Below the pieces are notes generated by a model. That model was not told the origin of the DNA, did not search any database, and worked only from the letters and a program-made list of their open reading frames with translations. From contig JAGXNO010000001.1 in assembly GCA_019894975.1 (NCBI GenBank), positions 96,001 to 160,000 of the forward strand: a stretch of 64,000 bases of DNA, given 5' to 3'. This document shows, piece by piece, positions 9,429 through 19,869 of this stretch (positions within the stretch are counted from its first letter, which is position 1; every line of letters starts with the position of its first letter). The translations under genes were made by a program, and so were the position numbers. The DNA comes from Promethearchaeota archaeon (GTDB taxonomy: Archaea > Asgardarchaeota > Lokiarchaeia > Sigyniarchaeales > SOKP01).

Positions 9429-10706
9429 TTATAAATTTCTAAGATATTTTGAAATCTTACTTGCCAATTTCTCTTGATTATCCCAGTTCCCAAATGCTTG
9501 ACCTTTAGCAATTAAATTCTGTATTTCTTTTTTATACATTTTATTCACTCTCATTCCGGGTTCTTTGGAAAACGGTGTTTGAGGTAAGGGTATAAAAGAA
9601 TGAGCATGAATTCTAGCACCTTTTTTCGACAAATTTTTCATCAATTCAATCGTAGATTTAATATCTTTAATATTTTCTCCTGGTAGTCCAAATATAAAAT
9701 CAACATTAATTTTGAGGTTATTTTTTAATGTTAAATCCACAGCCCTATAGATCTCATCCACGCTATGTCCTCTGTGACATAAGTCTAAGACTTTTTGACT
9801 CCCCGATTGCGCTCCCACTGTAATATTATCATTATCACCATATTTTAGTACTAAATTTAATGTATCTTGAGTAATGTGTTCAGGTCTTACTTCCGATGGA
9901 AAAGTCCCTACAAACATCCTTCCTTTTTCCCCAATTATTTCTCTAACATTAAACAGCATATCTTCAAATTTCTCTAAGTTTAATGATTTTCCATCTTCGG
10001 ATCCATAACTGAACGCATTAGGGGATATAAATCTTATGTCAGTAAGATCTCCATAATGATCTGTTAATATCTGTACATATTTACATATAGATTCAATACT
10101 TCTATGTCTCGGGGTCGTTCCTGAAATATAGGGTGTTTGACAAAAATAGCACACGTAAGGGCATCCCCTTGTTATTTCTATTGCCCCAAAACGAGTGTTT
10201 CTTATAGGAAAGGGTGGAAAGTCACTTAAATCGATTGGAGCTCGTCTTCCAGTATAAATATATTTACCATCTTCATTGTAATAAGCAATTCCTTTTACGT
10301 CACCAATTTCTTTATCAGCTACGACCTTATTCATTAGTTCTATTATGGTCTGCTCTCCTTCACCAACTACAACTATATCAATTCCCATTTTTAAAGTTCC
10401 TGACGGGTCTCCTGTCGGATGAGATCCTCCCGCAATAATCAGAGATCTTTCATGAAATTTCCGGTGTAGTGATTCAACTAATTCTGAAATCTCAAAGAGT
10501 TGAATAGTTGTAAAAGAAATAGCAATAATCACTTTGCTATAAGAATTAACCAACTCTTTGAGAGAATCAATAAGGTTATCCCTCGAAGTTAAGAAAAAAA
10601 TGTCTAAACTTTCAAAAACCTCTTCTACCTCAAGTGCTCCTGCGATTGAGTTCAAGCTATAAAAATTATCTCTATGATAATATACTACAAATGCGACTTT
10701 TTTCAA
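9429..10706 (-). CDS. B12-binding-domain radical SAM protein (MJ1487 / TIGR04013-like)
   Basis: IAGGSHPTG, VVVGEGE, EITRGCPYVCYFC (CxxxCxxC), FPSEVRPE and GAQSGS motifs. Confidence 0.85.
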   Translation of the reverse strand: MKKVAFVVYYHRDNFYSLNSIAGALEVEEVFESLDIFFLTSRDNLIDSLKELVNSYSKVIIAISFTTIQLFEISELVESLHRKFHERSLIIAGGSHPTGDPSGTLKMGIDIVVVGEGEQTIIELMNKVVADKEIGDVKGIAYYNEDGKYIYTGRRAPIDLSDFPPFPIRNTRFGAIEITRGCPYVCYFCQTPYISGTTPRHRSIESICKYVQILTDHYGDLTDIRFISPNAFSYGSEDGKSLNLEKFEDMLFNVREIIGEKGRMFVGTFPSEVRPEHITQDTLNLVLKYGDNDNITVGAQSGSQKVLDLCHRGHSVDEIYRAVDLTLKNNLKINVDFIFGLPGENIKDIKSTIELMKNLSKKGARIHAHSFIPLPQTPFSKEPGMRVNKMYKKEIQNLIAKGQAFGNWDNQEKLASKISKYLRNL

Positions 10707-10794
10707 GAAAAAACTACCTAAAATAATATACAGTCAATTTATTATTATCTTAAAATTATTGTTAAAATTAAAATACTGAGAAAGAGGGATAATA

Positions 10795-11262
10795 TTGTTA
10801 TTGAATGAATTTTTTGCCACAGACATATCTGAAGTTGGTATTGCATGGTTTGATTTTTATTCTATTGGTCATATCTGCTTTGGAATTAGTCTTTTTCTCT
10901 TCTTTTCTTTGTTTTATACTCTTCCAAAACGAAAATACAGTACGACGCCAATTTTCTCATTACTCTTTGTGTTTATCCTTACGATTGTAAGTTCGATATT
11001 ATGGGAAATCGTTGAAAACCTTGTATTTCTAGATTTAGGGTGGAAGTTTGAGGATCGTCTTGATAGTTGGCAAAATATGACTACGGATGTTTTATTATGC
11101 GGAATTGGGGGTTTAGGTACTTGGTTGTTTGCCTATATAACATTTGAAAAAGATAAAAACTCTTTTGCGTATTACACTTTTGGACTAATAAGTCTGGGGG
11201 TTTGGCTAGGCGTTTTCATAATACTTAGATACCTAACGTTTCAAAATTCTCCTATGATTTAA
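10795..11262 (+). CDS. Membrane protein with conserved H..WE..E..D pattern (DUF2585/VanZ-like)
   Basis: 4 TM segments; DFYSIGH, WEIVEN and DSWQNMTTD. Confidence 0.6.
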   Translation: MLLNEFFATDISEVGIAWFDFYSIGHICFGISLFLFFSLFYTLPKRKYSTTPIFSLLFVFILTIVSSILWEIVENLVFLDLGWKFEDRLDSWQNMTTDVLLCGIGGLGTWLFAYITFEKDKNSFAYYTFGLISLGVWLGVFIILRYLTFQNSPMI

Positions 11263-11323
11263 TTATAGCTTTTTATTCATTTTTTTTAAAGAGAGATTAA
11301 GGATTTTTAAGAAAGGGAATAAC

Positions 11324-11941
11324 TTAATTATTTAAAACTAAAAGTGTGTCTACAATTCGGTTTATATATTTGCTTTTCTGAATTTTGCAAATACGCGCTA
11401 CTTTCCTATAATTGAAAGATTCCGCCAATGTATCAAGATAAGAAAGATTATATAGAATTGAGACGTTGCCATCATTTCTCATGAAAAGCATATCTAATTT
11501 TTGTTGTATTTTATTGTTGTTACCTTTCTTCTTTTTCTTTACTCTCCTATTAATCTCAGTGAGAGCATTGTTGAAGTTAATATCCCTAATACTTGAGATA
11601 AGAGAATTTAACACTAAGGCATATAACACAACAGTATCGATATTTTTTGTATCTTTTAAATTATGGAATTTTAATTGTAAATCTTGGTAAATTTCATTAA
11701 TATTATTCTCATCTACTCCCTTAATTCTTTTGAAAAGGTTAAGGAATTGTAAGTATTCACCCTCGAGAAACAATTGAATATTAGAATTAAATAGATCTTT
11801 GAACTTTCTTATAATCTGCCCTGAATTGCTAATTTTTACTGAAACTTCAGGTGTTCTGCCGATAATTATATCAAAACCGTCTTTATAGAACTGTTGGTTT
11901 ATTAAATTGTTAGTTGCATCGTATAATTGTTCTAAAATCAT
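11324..11941 (-). CDS. Hypothetical protein
   Basis: 205 aa ORF; no recognised motif. Confidence 0.65.
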   Translation of the reverse strand: MILEQLYDATNNLINQQFYKDGFDIIIGRTPEVSVKISNSGQIIRKFKDLFNSNIQLFLEGEYLQFLNLFKRIKGVDENNINEIYQDLQLKFHNLKDTKNIDTVVLYALVLNSLISSIRDINFNNALTEINRRVKKKKKGNNNKIQQKLDMLFMRNDGNVSILYNLSYLDTLAESFNYRKVARICKIQKSKYINRIVDTLLVLNN

Positions 11942-12374
11942 TCCAATCCTATAAGACCGATAATTAAAATTTTATGTCTGCTTTTAATACATCTAATAAA
12001 AATTTGATGATTTAACTTCTTGTATTTTTATTAAATTCTTTTCTCCTAATATTATTAAGGCGGAATAATATAGGTATAATATATTAATTGCTCTCGATTT
12101 AACTATTCTTCCTAAATACTACTCATAACTACAAATTCTAATGGATAGAAGAGATTTCGAAGGAATATTTCAAGATAATGCTTAATTTACTCATTTGAAT
12201 GTTTATCGATATTTTTTTTTAAGATATCGTCTAACTTGTTCTATTAAACCTAAAAAAAGAAATAAAACCTTTTTATTACTTACTTACTTATTATAACTTG
12301 CAATTTTAATTAATTGAACTCTAATTAATGTTCTAAATAACTAATAAAGTTAAAAAAGAAGGTTGAAAATTAAA

Positions 12375-12809
12375 ATGGTTGACGAATCATTATTAAAGGA
12401 TTTAAAAGCAGCCCAGGATGCTGGGGCTTCTGGCGCTTCAGTTGACGATATGATGAAGGTTTTTGCTTTTATTAAGCAGGTCTCCACCGAAAATGAAGAT
12501 TTGAAGGAGGAGCTCGAGGATATGGACATTGCTATTCAGATGGTTATTACAGACGCAGATAAGAAGTTCTGGCTCTCAGTAAAGGAGGGAGACTTAGATT
12601 TCGGAGATGGAGAAGTAGAGAATCCTTCATTCACAATGTCCTCAAATCTGGAAGTTGGTGCCGGTATCTTAATGGGCGAAGTAGATGCTACTTCTGCTTA
12701 CATGGCAGGCGACATTACAGTAGAGGGTAATCTTCAGGATGCTATGGCATTTCAAGAGATTATCGAGCTTGCTCTCGAAGCTTACGAAGACCTTATTGAA
12801 GATCTGTAG
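12375..12809 (+). CDS. SCP2 sterol/lipid-binding domain protein
   Basis: GEVDATSAYMAGDITVEGNLQDAMAF matches the SCP2 signature. Very acidic. ATG at 12375 is preferred over TTG at 12363. Confidence 0.88.
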   Translation: MVDESLLKDLKAAQDAGASGASVDDMMKVFAFIKQVSTENEDLKEELEDMDIAIQMVITDADKKFWLSVKEGDLDFGDGEVENPSFTMSSNLEVGAGILMGEVDATSAYMAGDITVEGNLQDAMAFQEIIELALEAYEDLIEDL

Positions 12810-13012
12810 ATTTCAAGCAAAGAGAAAAAGCAACGTAGTAATTTTTTTCTTTTTTTTAAATATTCTTAAACTCTATTTTTTTAGTATAAAATCAAGCGAA
12901 TCTTAATTATTTGTGCTCAATATTACAAATGTTCTTAATTAATTTAAAGAGAAGATTCTTATTTTCTCATTAATTTTGCAAAACAAATTTAAGTAAAAAG
13001 TGAAAAAATTTC

Positions 13013-14308
13013 ATGAGTAATGATATATATATTATCGGCGTAGGAATGATTAGATTTGCTAAACTTCCAGGCAGGACTATGAAAAGTATGACTGGTGAAT
13101 CTGTTGAAAACGCTCTAAAGGATTGTGGATTAAGTAAAGGAGATTTAGATGCGGCTTGGTTTAGTAATTCTGGATGGGGTCAATCTGAATATCAACATTG
13201 TATTCGAGGTCAAGTAGCACTAAGTACACACGGTATTGATAAAATACCCATTACTAATGTAGAAAATGCTTGTGCCGGAGGGAGTTCTGCTTTCCATAAT
13301 GCTTGGATGTCAGTTAAATCTGGAGTATATGATGTTGCATTGGCAGTCGGAGCAGAAAAAATGTATTTCGATAAACCCCCGGTGGTAACTTCTGGAGGGA
13401 TAAAAGGAATGGGAGCAATGTCTGGATTTATCTCTGGAACTGATGTTGAGGATACACTTAAAATGATGGGCCAATTAAAAAAACAGATCGAAGAAGGAAA
13501 CAAACAAGCCCTTAAAGAAAAGGAAACGAATGAGAAAGAAGGCGGAGAGAAGCCTAAAAAGAAAGATCATTCAATCTTTATGGATTTTTATGCTATGGGG
13601 GCTCGTGCTCATATGAAGCAATATGGAACTACCCAGCGCCAAATTGCGGCGATTGCGGCAAAAAATCACAACAACTCAACAATGAATCCTTTAGCGCAGT
13701 ATACATTTCCTCAGACAATAGAACAGGTCATGAATGATTATGTGGTAGCTTATCCTTTAACCAGAGCTATGTGTGCTCCAACAGGAGATGGTTCAGCAGC
13801 TGCGATAGTTTGTTCTGAAAAATATTTAAATGATAATCCAAGCCTTAAAGATAGAGCAATATTAGTACGCGCTTCAGTTTTAAGGTCTGGCTCCCGACAA
13901 CCATTTAATGAAATCAAAGTAGCTTCTGATATAGCGTATAAACAAGCTGGTGTTGGTCCAGAAGATATTGATGTCTCAGAAGTTCATGACGCTACAGCAT
14001 ATGCAGAGCTTCATGTAACGGAAGGCTTAGGTTTCTGTCCCGTTGGTCAAGGTGGTCCGTTTGCAGAAAGTGGGGCTACACAAATCGATGGAAAAGTAGC
14101 TGTTAATCCTAGTGGGGGTTTATTAGCTCGTGGGCATCCTATAGGTGCTTCTGGTATAGCACAAATGTATGAGCTTATAACACAATTACGTGGAGAAGCT
14201 GGTGAAAGACAAGTTAAAGACGCTAAAATAGCTCTAGCTCATAATGGTGGAGGAAACTTAGGTCCTGGATCAGCAGCATTATGTATCCATATTTTTGGGA
14301 ATGCCTAA
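13013..14308 (+). CDS. Thiolase, SCP2/SCPx-like subfamily
   Basis: NVENACAGGSSA (catalytic Cys), KNH.N...NPLAQ, DGSAAAIV, EVHDAT and NPSGGLLARGHPIGASG motifs. Confidence 0.9.
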   Translation: MSNDIYIIGVGMIRFAKLPGRTMKSMTGESVENALKDCGLSKGDLDAAWFSNSGWGQSEYQHCIRGQVALSTHGIDKIPITNVENACAGGSSAFHNAWMSVKSGVYDVALAVGAEKMYFDKPPVVTSGGIKGMGAMSGFISGTDVEDTLKMMGQLKKQIEEGNKQALKEKETNEKEGGEKPKKKDHSIFMDFYAMGARAHMKQYGTTQRQIAAIAAKNHNNSTMNPLAQYTFPQTIEQVMNDYVVAYPLTRAMCAPTGDGSAAAIVCSEKYLNDNPSLKDRAILVRASVLRSGSRQPFNEIKVASDIAYKQAGVGPEDIDVSEVHDATAYAELHVTEGLGFCPVGQGGPFAESGATQIDGKVAVNPSGGLLARGHPIGASGIAQMYELITQLRGEAGERQVKDAKIALAHNGGGNLGPGSAALCIHIFGNA

Positions 14309-14408
14309 AATTTTTTTTAATTTCCTTATTTATTCTCAAATATTAAAACTATTCTCAAAATCAATAAGGATTTGAGTTAAATTAATTAAATAGAAATAGA
14401 GAGTAAAT

Positions 14409-14549
14409 TTACATAAAAGCCTTAGCTTGTTTCTTCAATTTAATCATTTCTAAATCTTTAAAGTATTGTGGATTCAATTGAAGAGTTTGTTTAAGTTCTT
14501 CTACCTTTCGCTTACTTCTTTCTGGTCTAAATATATTGAATAATGACAT
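14409..14549 (-). CDS. Small basic protein (46 aa)
   Basis: Manual translation MSLFNIFRPERSKRKVEELKQTLQLNPQYFKDLEMIKLKKQAKAFM*, divergent from the AbrB/PhoU regulator. Confidence 0.5.
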   Translation of the reverse strand: MSLFNIFRPERSKRKVEELKQTLQLNPQYFKDLEMIKLKKQAKAFM

Positions 14550-14659
14550 TTTACTTATCACATTTTTATGTTTCTTTGTTACTATTCATAAACAATAACA
14601 CCTATTTCAATGCACTCTATAATAAATTTAAGGTATCCTCTAGATCTTCTAGATTTCTT

Positions 14660-14677
14660 GTCTTAGAATTCTAAGAC
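14660..14677. promoter_or_regulatory. Perfect 18 bp palindrome, candidate operator
   Basis: GTCTTAGAATTCTAAGAC lies in the divergent intergenic region, among degenerate TCTAGA-like repeats (14639-14687). Confidence 0.5.
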
Positions 14678-14767
14678 TTCCAAGCTTTTCCGTGATGTTT
14701 AAATATATACATTTTTTTCATTAAACTTTTAGATAAAAAATTTAAGGAAATAAGATAATTATTAATT

Positions 14768-15658
14768 ATGGAGCTTTTATACAGAAAACTACAGAACTTA
14801 GGTGGATCTTTATATGTTAACTTACCTAAAGTATGGATCAATAAGTATGAATTGAAAGAAAAATCAACGGTAGCACTTGAAATTCGAAACGACGGTACAA
14901 TATTAATAAAACCCAAAATGGAGCAACAAGAGAAACTAATACAAGATGAAGTCATATTAGAAGCAGACGAATATGTTATTTGGGATCTGCTAAAGAAAAG
15001 TTTGGCAGGAGAAAGAAATATAACAATTATTTCAGAAAGAGAAATAAATAAAGGTTTAAGAAAACTCATAAGGAGATATGTTAACCGTCTACCGAATACA
15101 GAGATCATTGAAGAAACTGACCAAAAAATTGTTGTTCAAAATTTCGGATTTCAAGAAATCCCCACTAAAAAGTTAATCCAACGGTTGTTATATTTAGTAG
15201 CGAACATGTTTGAAGATCTAAAAAACAAATCATTCGAAGATTTAAATGAAAATTTTGAGCAATTAAGAAAATTTTACTTTATCTTAGTCATTCATATTAG
15301 AACTTATCTTCGAACAGGAATATATATTTCATCCAGTAGCGAGTTTACTCCTCTAGAGGCAATGGATTTTCGCATGTTCTGTGAAAAAATTGAAGAAATA
15401 GGCGAGATCTTGAAGGGACTTCGATTAAATGAGAATGTATTAGATTTTTATAATGAAATACAGCAATACTTTAATGAAATGATGGATGCTTTTTTGAAAA
15501 AAAAAGATAAGTTAGCGTTTATCGTGTGGGTAAAAAAGGATCTTCTCTTCAACAAAGCAAATGAAATTTTAAGCGATTTAAATTATGAAGACAAGGAAAT
15601 AATTAAAAAAATCATGCGTATCGCACAAGATATAAAAGATATGGCAGCCTTGATCTGA
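14768..15658 (+). CDS. AbrB/MazE-domain + PhoU-like regulator
   Basis: N-terminal RKLQNLGGSLYVNLPKVW...GTILIKP, followed by a helical PhoU-like region. Confidence 0.8.
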   Translation: MELLYRKLQNLGGSLYVNLPKVWINKYELKEKSTVALEIRNDGTILIKPKMEQQEKLIQDEVILEADEYVIWDLLKKSLAGERNITIISEREINKGLRKLIRRYVNRLPNTEIIEETDQKIVVQNFGFQEIPTKKLIQRLLYLVANMFEDLKNKSFEDLNENFEQLRKFYFILVIHIRTYLRTGIYISSSSEFTPLEAMDFRMFCEKIEEIGEILKGLRLNENVLDFYNEIQQYFNEMMDAFLKKKDKLAFIVWVKKDLLFNKANEILSDLNYEDKEIIKKIMRIAQDIKDMAALI

Positions 15659-15669
15659 ATCCATTAATT

Positions 15670-16448
15670 CTAATTTAGATTTAGAGGATATTTTCGATAT
15701 TTCTCAATAGCCGCTCGTAATGCCAAAATATTTTCCCATGGTGCACTAAGAACGTTATGACTTGGACCGAGGAAATATCCCCCTCCCCGCGCTGCAGCCC
15801 TAATACATCTTTTTACTTCTTCCTCAACATCCTTAGCAGTTCCAAAGTTGAGTATATTTGATCAAACAACGCTTCATGTAAACCAATAGGTATTGTAGCC
15901 ATTGGATATAAATACTTAGATAGCTTTCCCACAAAATTTTCCCAAACCTGAGGAGAATAATTAAGTTTATTATTAATATGGTCAAAAGGTTTACCGAATT
16001 TATCCCAATATTCATGAACAATTTCTGGTGTCCTGAAATATCCATCTTGATACCACAAATACATCAATCCCGTTCCAACTTGAGGGGTAGGTCTGAATAT
16101 TCTTCCATCGCTAGTTAAAATAATGCTCTCAGGGTATTCAAGAGGAGCTTTTGTATAATTTAATTTAAATGCCTTAATACCCCAGGGATCTATGTTATGA
16201 ATGTCTGAATTCCAGAAAGATAATTCGGTTATACTTTTTGTAATTCCCAAACTTACATTGAACTTCATTTTTAGGACATCAGTTTCTATCCCTGCTCTAA
16301 TTTTCTTATATTCCTCTGAATTCTTAAAATATTGATTTGAGATCCCCGTAACTTCAAATCCTAGATAATGAATAGGGATCTTATCAGGTTCTTCAAGTTC
16401 TAAGGTTCTAATAACCCTTTCTCGTTTTGATAGTACCATACTAAACAT
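15670..16448 (-). pseudogene. Uroporphyrinogen decarboxylase / MtaA-CmuA family gene with internal deletion and frameshift
   Basis: N-terminus SKRERVIRTLELEEPDKIP. The family C-terminus (NFGTAKDVEEEVKRCIRAAARGGGYFLGPSHNV...WENILAL) is in another frame from about 15860 to the stop at 15670; the central part appears to be missing. Confidence 0.8.
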
Positions 16449-16568
16449 TTGTTTTAAGCATTTAAATAAATTTTTAATATGTGGATGCTCTCTCTTAAGC
16501 TAAGAATGGATGATATATATTGAATATAGCAAATTTATATATATGCAGATTTGTTAGTTTAACTTATT

Positions 16569-17354
16569 ATGATCACATGGATTCTACTACTAATTTTAAG
16601 CATCTGGATTTTAGCTAATCGATTCTCACAAAATGGGAAGGTTGCTGGTTATCCTCTTGGAATGCCACGAGGAACTGTTAGAGCGTTAATTACTATCATG
16701 ATCGTTGCTTTTCCTTTTGGTTAGTTAATGCGTGGGAAAGAAATACCTGGATTAATAATAAATGCAATTTTTATTGTAGTAGCTTTTTATTTTGAAGCAA
16801 GAAGAAGTGAAAAAGAAAAACTCAAGCAAATAATTGACGAGCTAAAAGGTTCCGAACTAAATATTGAAGGAAAAATAAAAGAGAAAAAACCTTTATACTT
16901 GCCACAGTATACAGTAAGAGTCTCGTTAGTGTTTATACTGGTAGCTATAATAGTAATAAATTGGTTAGGTCCTGATGTTCCTTTTCAACAATCTAATACA
17001 TTAGCAGATTTACTTTTAATTATCAGCTTCTTTATAATTGGTGCTTTTTTTCGAGCTATAGCAAAAACTAGAGAGAAGAAAAAAATCAGAGAACAAATCT
17101 CAGATATTGATGCGTCACTTTCTGATGCTCAAATTATAGAAAAATTAATGTTGAGAGAGCAAAGTTGGTTCAAACGCAAAGGAAAGAACATTCTCTCAAT
17201 TTTAGTGCTAATAGCAGTTGTTGTAGCGCTTTATTGTTATACTTTTGAGATTGATTATACTCTATTTACCCTTACAACTCTTGATAATTATCGTTTAACC
17301 CTAGTTGGATTATTACTGATCTTTACTAATACCTATTATGGCTTTCGAGATTAA
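16569..17354 (+). pseudogene. Membrane protein with a single in-frame TAG (16722-16724)
   Basis: ATG 16569 MITWILLL...YPLGMPRGTVRALITIMIVAFPFG*LMRGKE is in frame with ORF 16728. The PL.(M/L)P..TVR motif recurs downstream as PLYLPQYTVR. Confidence 0.7.
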
Positions 17355-17406
17355 AAAATAATAAAAAAATTTATCATTTTTTTTTAGTTTTCTTTTTACT
17401 TTACAG

Positions 17407-18405
17407 TTATAAATGAAATTCTGTTCCAGTAACTCCAATCGTATGAGATGGATGACGAGCCATTATTTTATTAAAGTTAAAGCCAGTACAATGCATTCCA
17501 CTGACAATGGTTGGATTTAATTTTTCGATATAGCTTACTTTTTCCTCAATGACTTTCTCTGAATTCCATTCTTCATGAAATCCACCAATCACAGCATATA
17601 TTTTGTCTATCCCCGTAATTTTCTGAGCATGTTTTATAGTATTTACCACACCACAATGACCACATCCAGTAATAATTACTAAACCTTCATCTTTTACATT
17701 TATATATACTGAAGTTTCATCTCTAAAGGTATGCTCTATAAAATCCTTTCTACTTTTCATTATGTAGACTCCTGGTGTTGATTCTTTCTTGTCAGTTAAT
17801 TCAATTTCCCCACTTGTGATGATTCCGTCATACAACTTAACAGGTTCATTAGTTTCAATAAGCCTAACTCCATATTCATTAGTTAGATTAGTAACCATAG
17901 GTTTACTTAGTAAAGGTAATTTTGTGCTCATTGCAAATTGATCTTTTTCTTCTTTCAATGCCGTTGCCAATTTAGCAGCAGGGACTTTTTCTCCTGATTT
18001 CTTTACGGCTATAAAAAACTGTTCATAACAGAGGGGATTTAAATAAAACTCGCAACCTTCTTTCAACAATGGAACTACTTTTAATAAACTTCCCCAATGA
18101 TCAAAATGTCCATGTGACAAGATCATATTTTCAACATCATTCAAATTAATATCAAACTGTTTACAATTCTCTGTAATGGTTTCAGCCAACCCTCCCATAT
18201 CAAATAATATATTTTGGGTCTTCTCTCCATCATTGACTTTAATTAAAACAGATAATCCATGCTCTCCTTTAGCTCTTTTTGCTTTTGCTCCAGGATATTT
18301 TACCTTCCCTATTAAATTCATTTTGGGTAAAATAGTAAGACTTACTTCATTTGTAGTCAAAACCTTAACCATGATTTTTCCAGATTCAATACTTCCAATA
18401 TCCAT
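17407..18405 (-). CDS. MBL-fold metallo-hydrolase (COG1237-like)
   Basis: EHGLSVLI, LFDMG, SHGHFDHWG, ITGCGHCG, IGGFH and MHCTG motifs. Confidence 0.88.
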   Translation of the reverse strand: MDIGSIESGKIMVKVLTTNEVSLTILPKMNLIGKVKYPGAKAKRAKGEHGLSVLIKVNDGEKTQNILFDMGGLAETITENCKQFDINLNDVENMILSHGHFDHWGSLLKVVPLLKEGCEFYLNPLCYEQFFIAVKKSGEKVPAAKLATALKEEKDQFAMSTKLPLLSKPMVTNLTNEYGVRLIETNEPVKLYDGIITSGEIELTDKKESTPGVYIMKSRKDFIEHTFRDETSVYINVKDEGLVIITGCGHCGVVNTIKHAQKITGIDKIYAVIGGFHEEWNSEKVIEEKVSYIEKLNPTIVSGMHCTGFNFNKIMARHPSHTIGVTGTEFHL

Positions 18406-18561
18406 TAAATTTTCCCTCTTTAAAATAAAGATTTGATATATTCCTTATATTAATTATTCATAATAGTACATAGGTTAAAATTATTAATAGATTTATTAAT
18501 AATGATAACAAATTTCATAGTAAATAAATATATGATATTACACTTAATTTAGGGATATATT

Positions 18562-19200
18562 ATGGAAGATGAATTAGAAGAATTAAAGGAACTTTCAATA
18601 GTAAAGATAAAAGTAGCCTATAACCGATCTATAGATGCAGAAGCGACCCACATGGTACTTTGGGAAAAATTCGAAAAGAATAGAAGGAATAAACTAATAT
18701 TTACTTTAATTTTAGGCATAATTGCTGCAAGCTCGTTAATTTTTACAGTATCAACCGCTACTACTACAGAATTTAGAATCTATATTGTTTTTGCAGACAT
18801 TTTTGCTTTGTTATTATTGTTAATAGTAATTTGGGATACTATTCAAGGATTCACGGGAAACTATGGGAACCATGGACGCATAGTAAATGAAGCGCTACAA
18901 TTACGTGAGCAAAGTATAAGTTTTTTACAATATAAGTTAGATAACTTGGATAAACAAGGATATATAGATGAGTTAAAATCCCTTGAAATCAATGACACCA
19001 TTCTGAAAGAAAAAAGTGGTAAATATACAGGAAAACTTTCAAGTGCTGTAAAAAGTGCTATTAATCAAAACCTCGAGAATCTCAAAATTCAGGGAATTAA
19101 AAATTATTTTATAACTCAAGAAGAGATTGATTCCGCAACAGAAAAACTACAAAAATATACTGCTCTTCGCACCTGTGAAGCATGGATTAAATTTGAGTAA
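18562..19200 (+). CDS. Two-TM protein, SLATT-domain-like
   Basis: Helix with conserved-type His (EATH), two adjacent TM helices, then H...A..LR helix. Confidence 0.5.
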   Translation: MEDELEELKELSIVKIKVAYNRSIDAEATHMVLWEKFEKNRRNKLIFTLILGIIAASSLIFTVSTATTTEFRIYIVFADIFALLLLLIVIWDTIQGFTGNYGNHGRIVNEALQLREQSISFLQYKLDNLDKQGYIDELKSLEINDTILKEKSGKYTGKLSSAVKSAINQNLENLKIQGIKNYFITQEEIDSATEKLQKYTALRTCEAWIKFE

Positions 19201-19230
19201 ACTATCCTTTATTTTCAAGAATGATGAATT

Positions 19231-19365
19231 ATGTTGAGAAAATGTAATACTTGTGGAATGCTTAGAGCTCAGAAGGATTTGGTTTTGTTTAATGACGGGA
19301 ATTACATGTGTTTTTCATGTTGGAATAAATACCTTAGAGAAAAAAGAAAAAAATCTAATAAGTAA
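19231..19365 (+). CDS. Small zinc-finger protein (44 aa)
   Basis: Manual translation MLRKCNTCGMLRAQKDLVLFNDGNYMCFSCWNKYLREKRKKSNK*, with two CxxC pairs. Confidence 0.65.
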   Translation: MLRKCNTCGMLRAQKDLVLFNDGNYMCFSCWNKYLREKRKKSNK

Positions 19366-19366
19366 A

Positions 19367-19579
19367 TCAGTATGAACAAAGGTATGTGTATTTCCCAAGA
19401 TCAAACCTTCGAATTTTAAGTTCGTCTTCTGAACCATCTCTAGGAATAAGGGGCATCTTTATTACAATTTTAGAGTTTTCTAAATAAATATTATTGTAAA
19501 ACATATTCTTACATTTGTCCCAATCAATAAATAGCTTGGTTATTATCTCTTCTTTTTCTTCTGGTGGGATTAATGACAT
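19367..19579 (-). CDS. Hypothetical protein
   Basis: 70 aa ORF with ATG, convergent on the zinc-finger gene. Confidence 0.5.
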   Translation of the reverse strand: MSLIPPEEKEEIITKLFIDWDKCKNMFYNNIYLENSKIVIKMPLIPRDGSEDELKIRRFDLGKYTYLCSY

Positions 19580-19869
19580 ATTTTTACATCAATACTATAT
19601 CTAATTCTATTGAAACCTAAAATGAATGAAACCCTTAATTATAAAAATTGATTACTCGCCTTAAATTACTCGGAATTCTCCAATAGAGAATTGTTATTTA
19701 TTGTCGTAAACCTTGATATCAGTTATTGCATAAGAAAAGAACTATAAAAATCTTCGTGTTAAAATGAAAATTATATGACCTTGGTTTAGATTTCAATGTA
19801 AAAGATATATACTAAACAAATATATTCACAATTAACTCGAATAATATAACCATAATAACTAAAATAATA

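Noticed and set aside
11945-12360. Possible ncRNA or decayed gene in long intergenic gaps (also 19580-19870)
   Set aside because: AT-rich, with no convincing ORF homology or stable structure visible.
14639-14687. Eukaryote-like heat-shock element (nGAAn arrays)
   Set aside because: The spacing does not fit alternating 5 bp GAA/TTC units.
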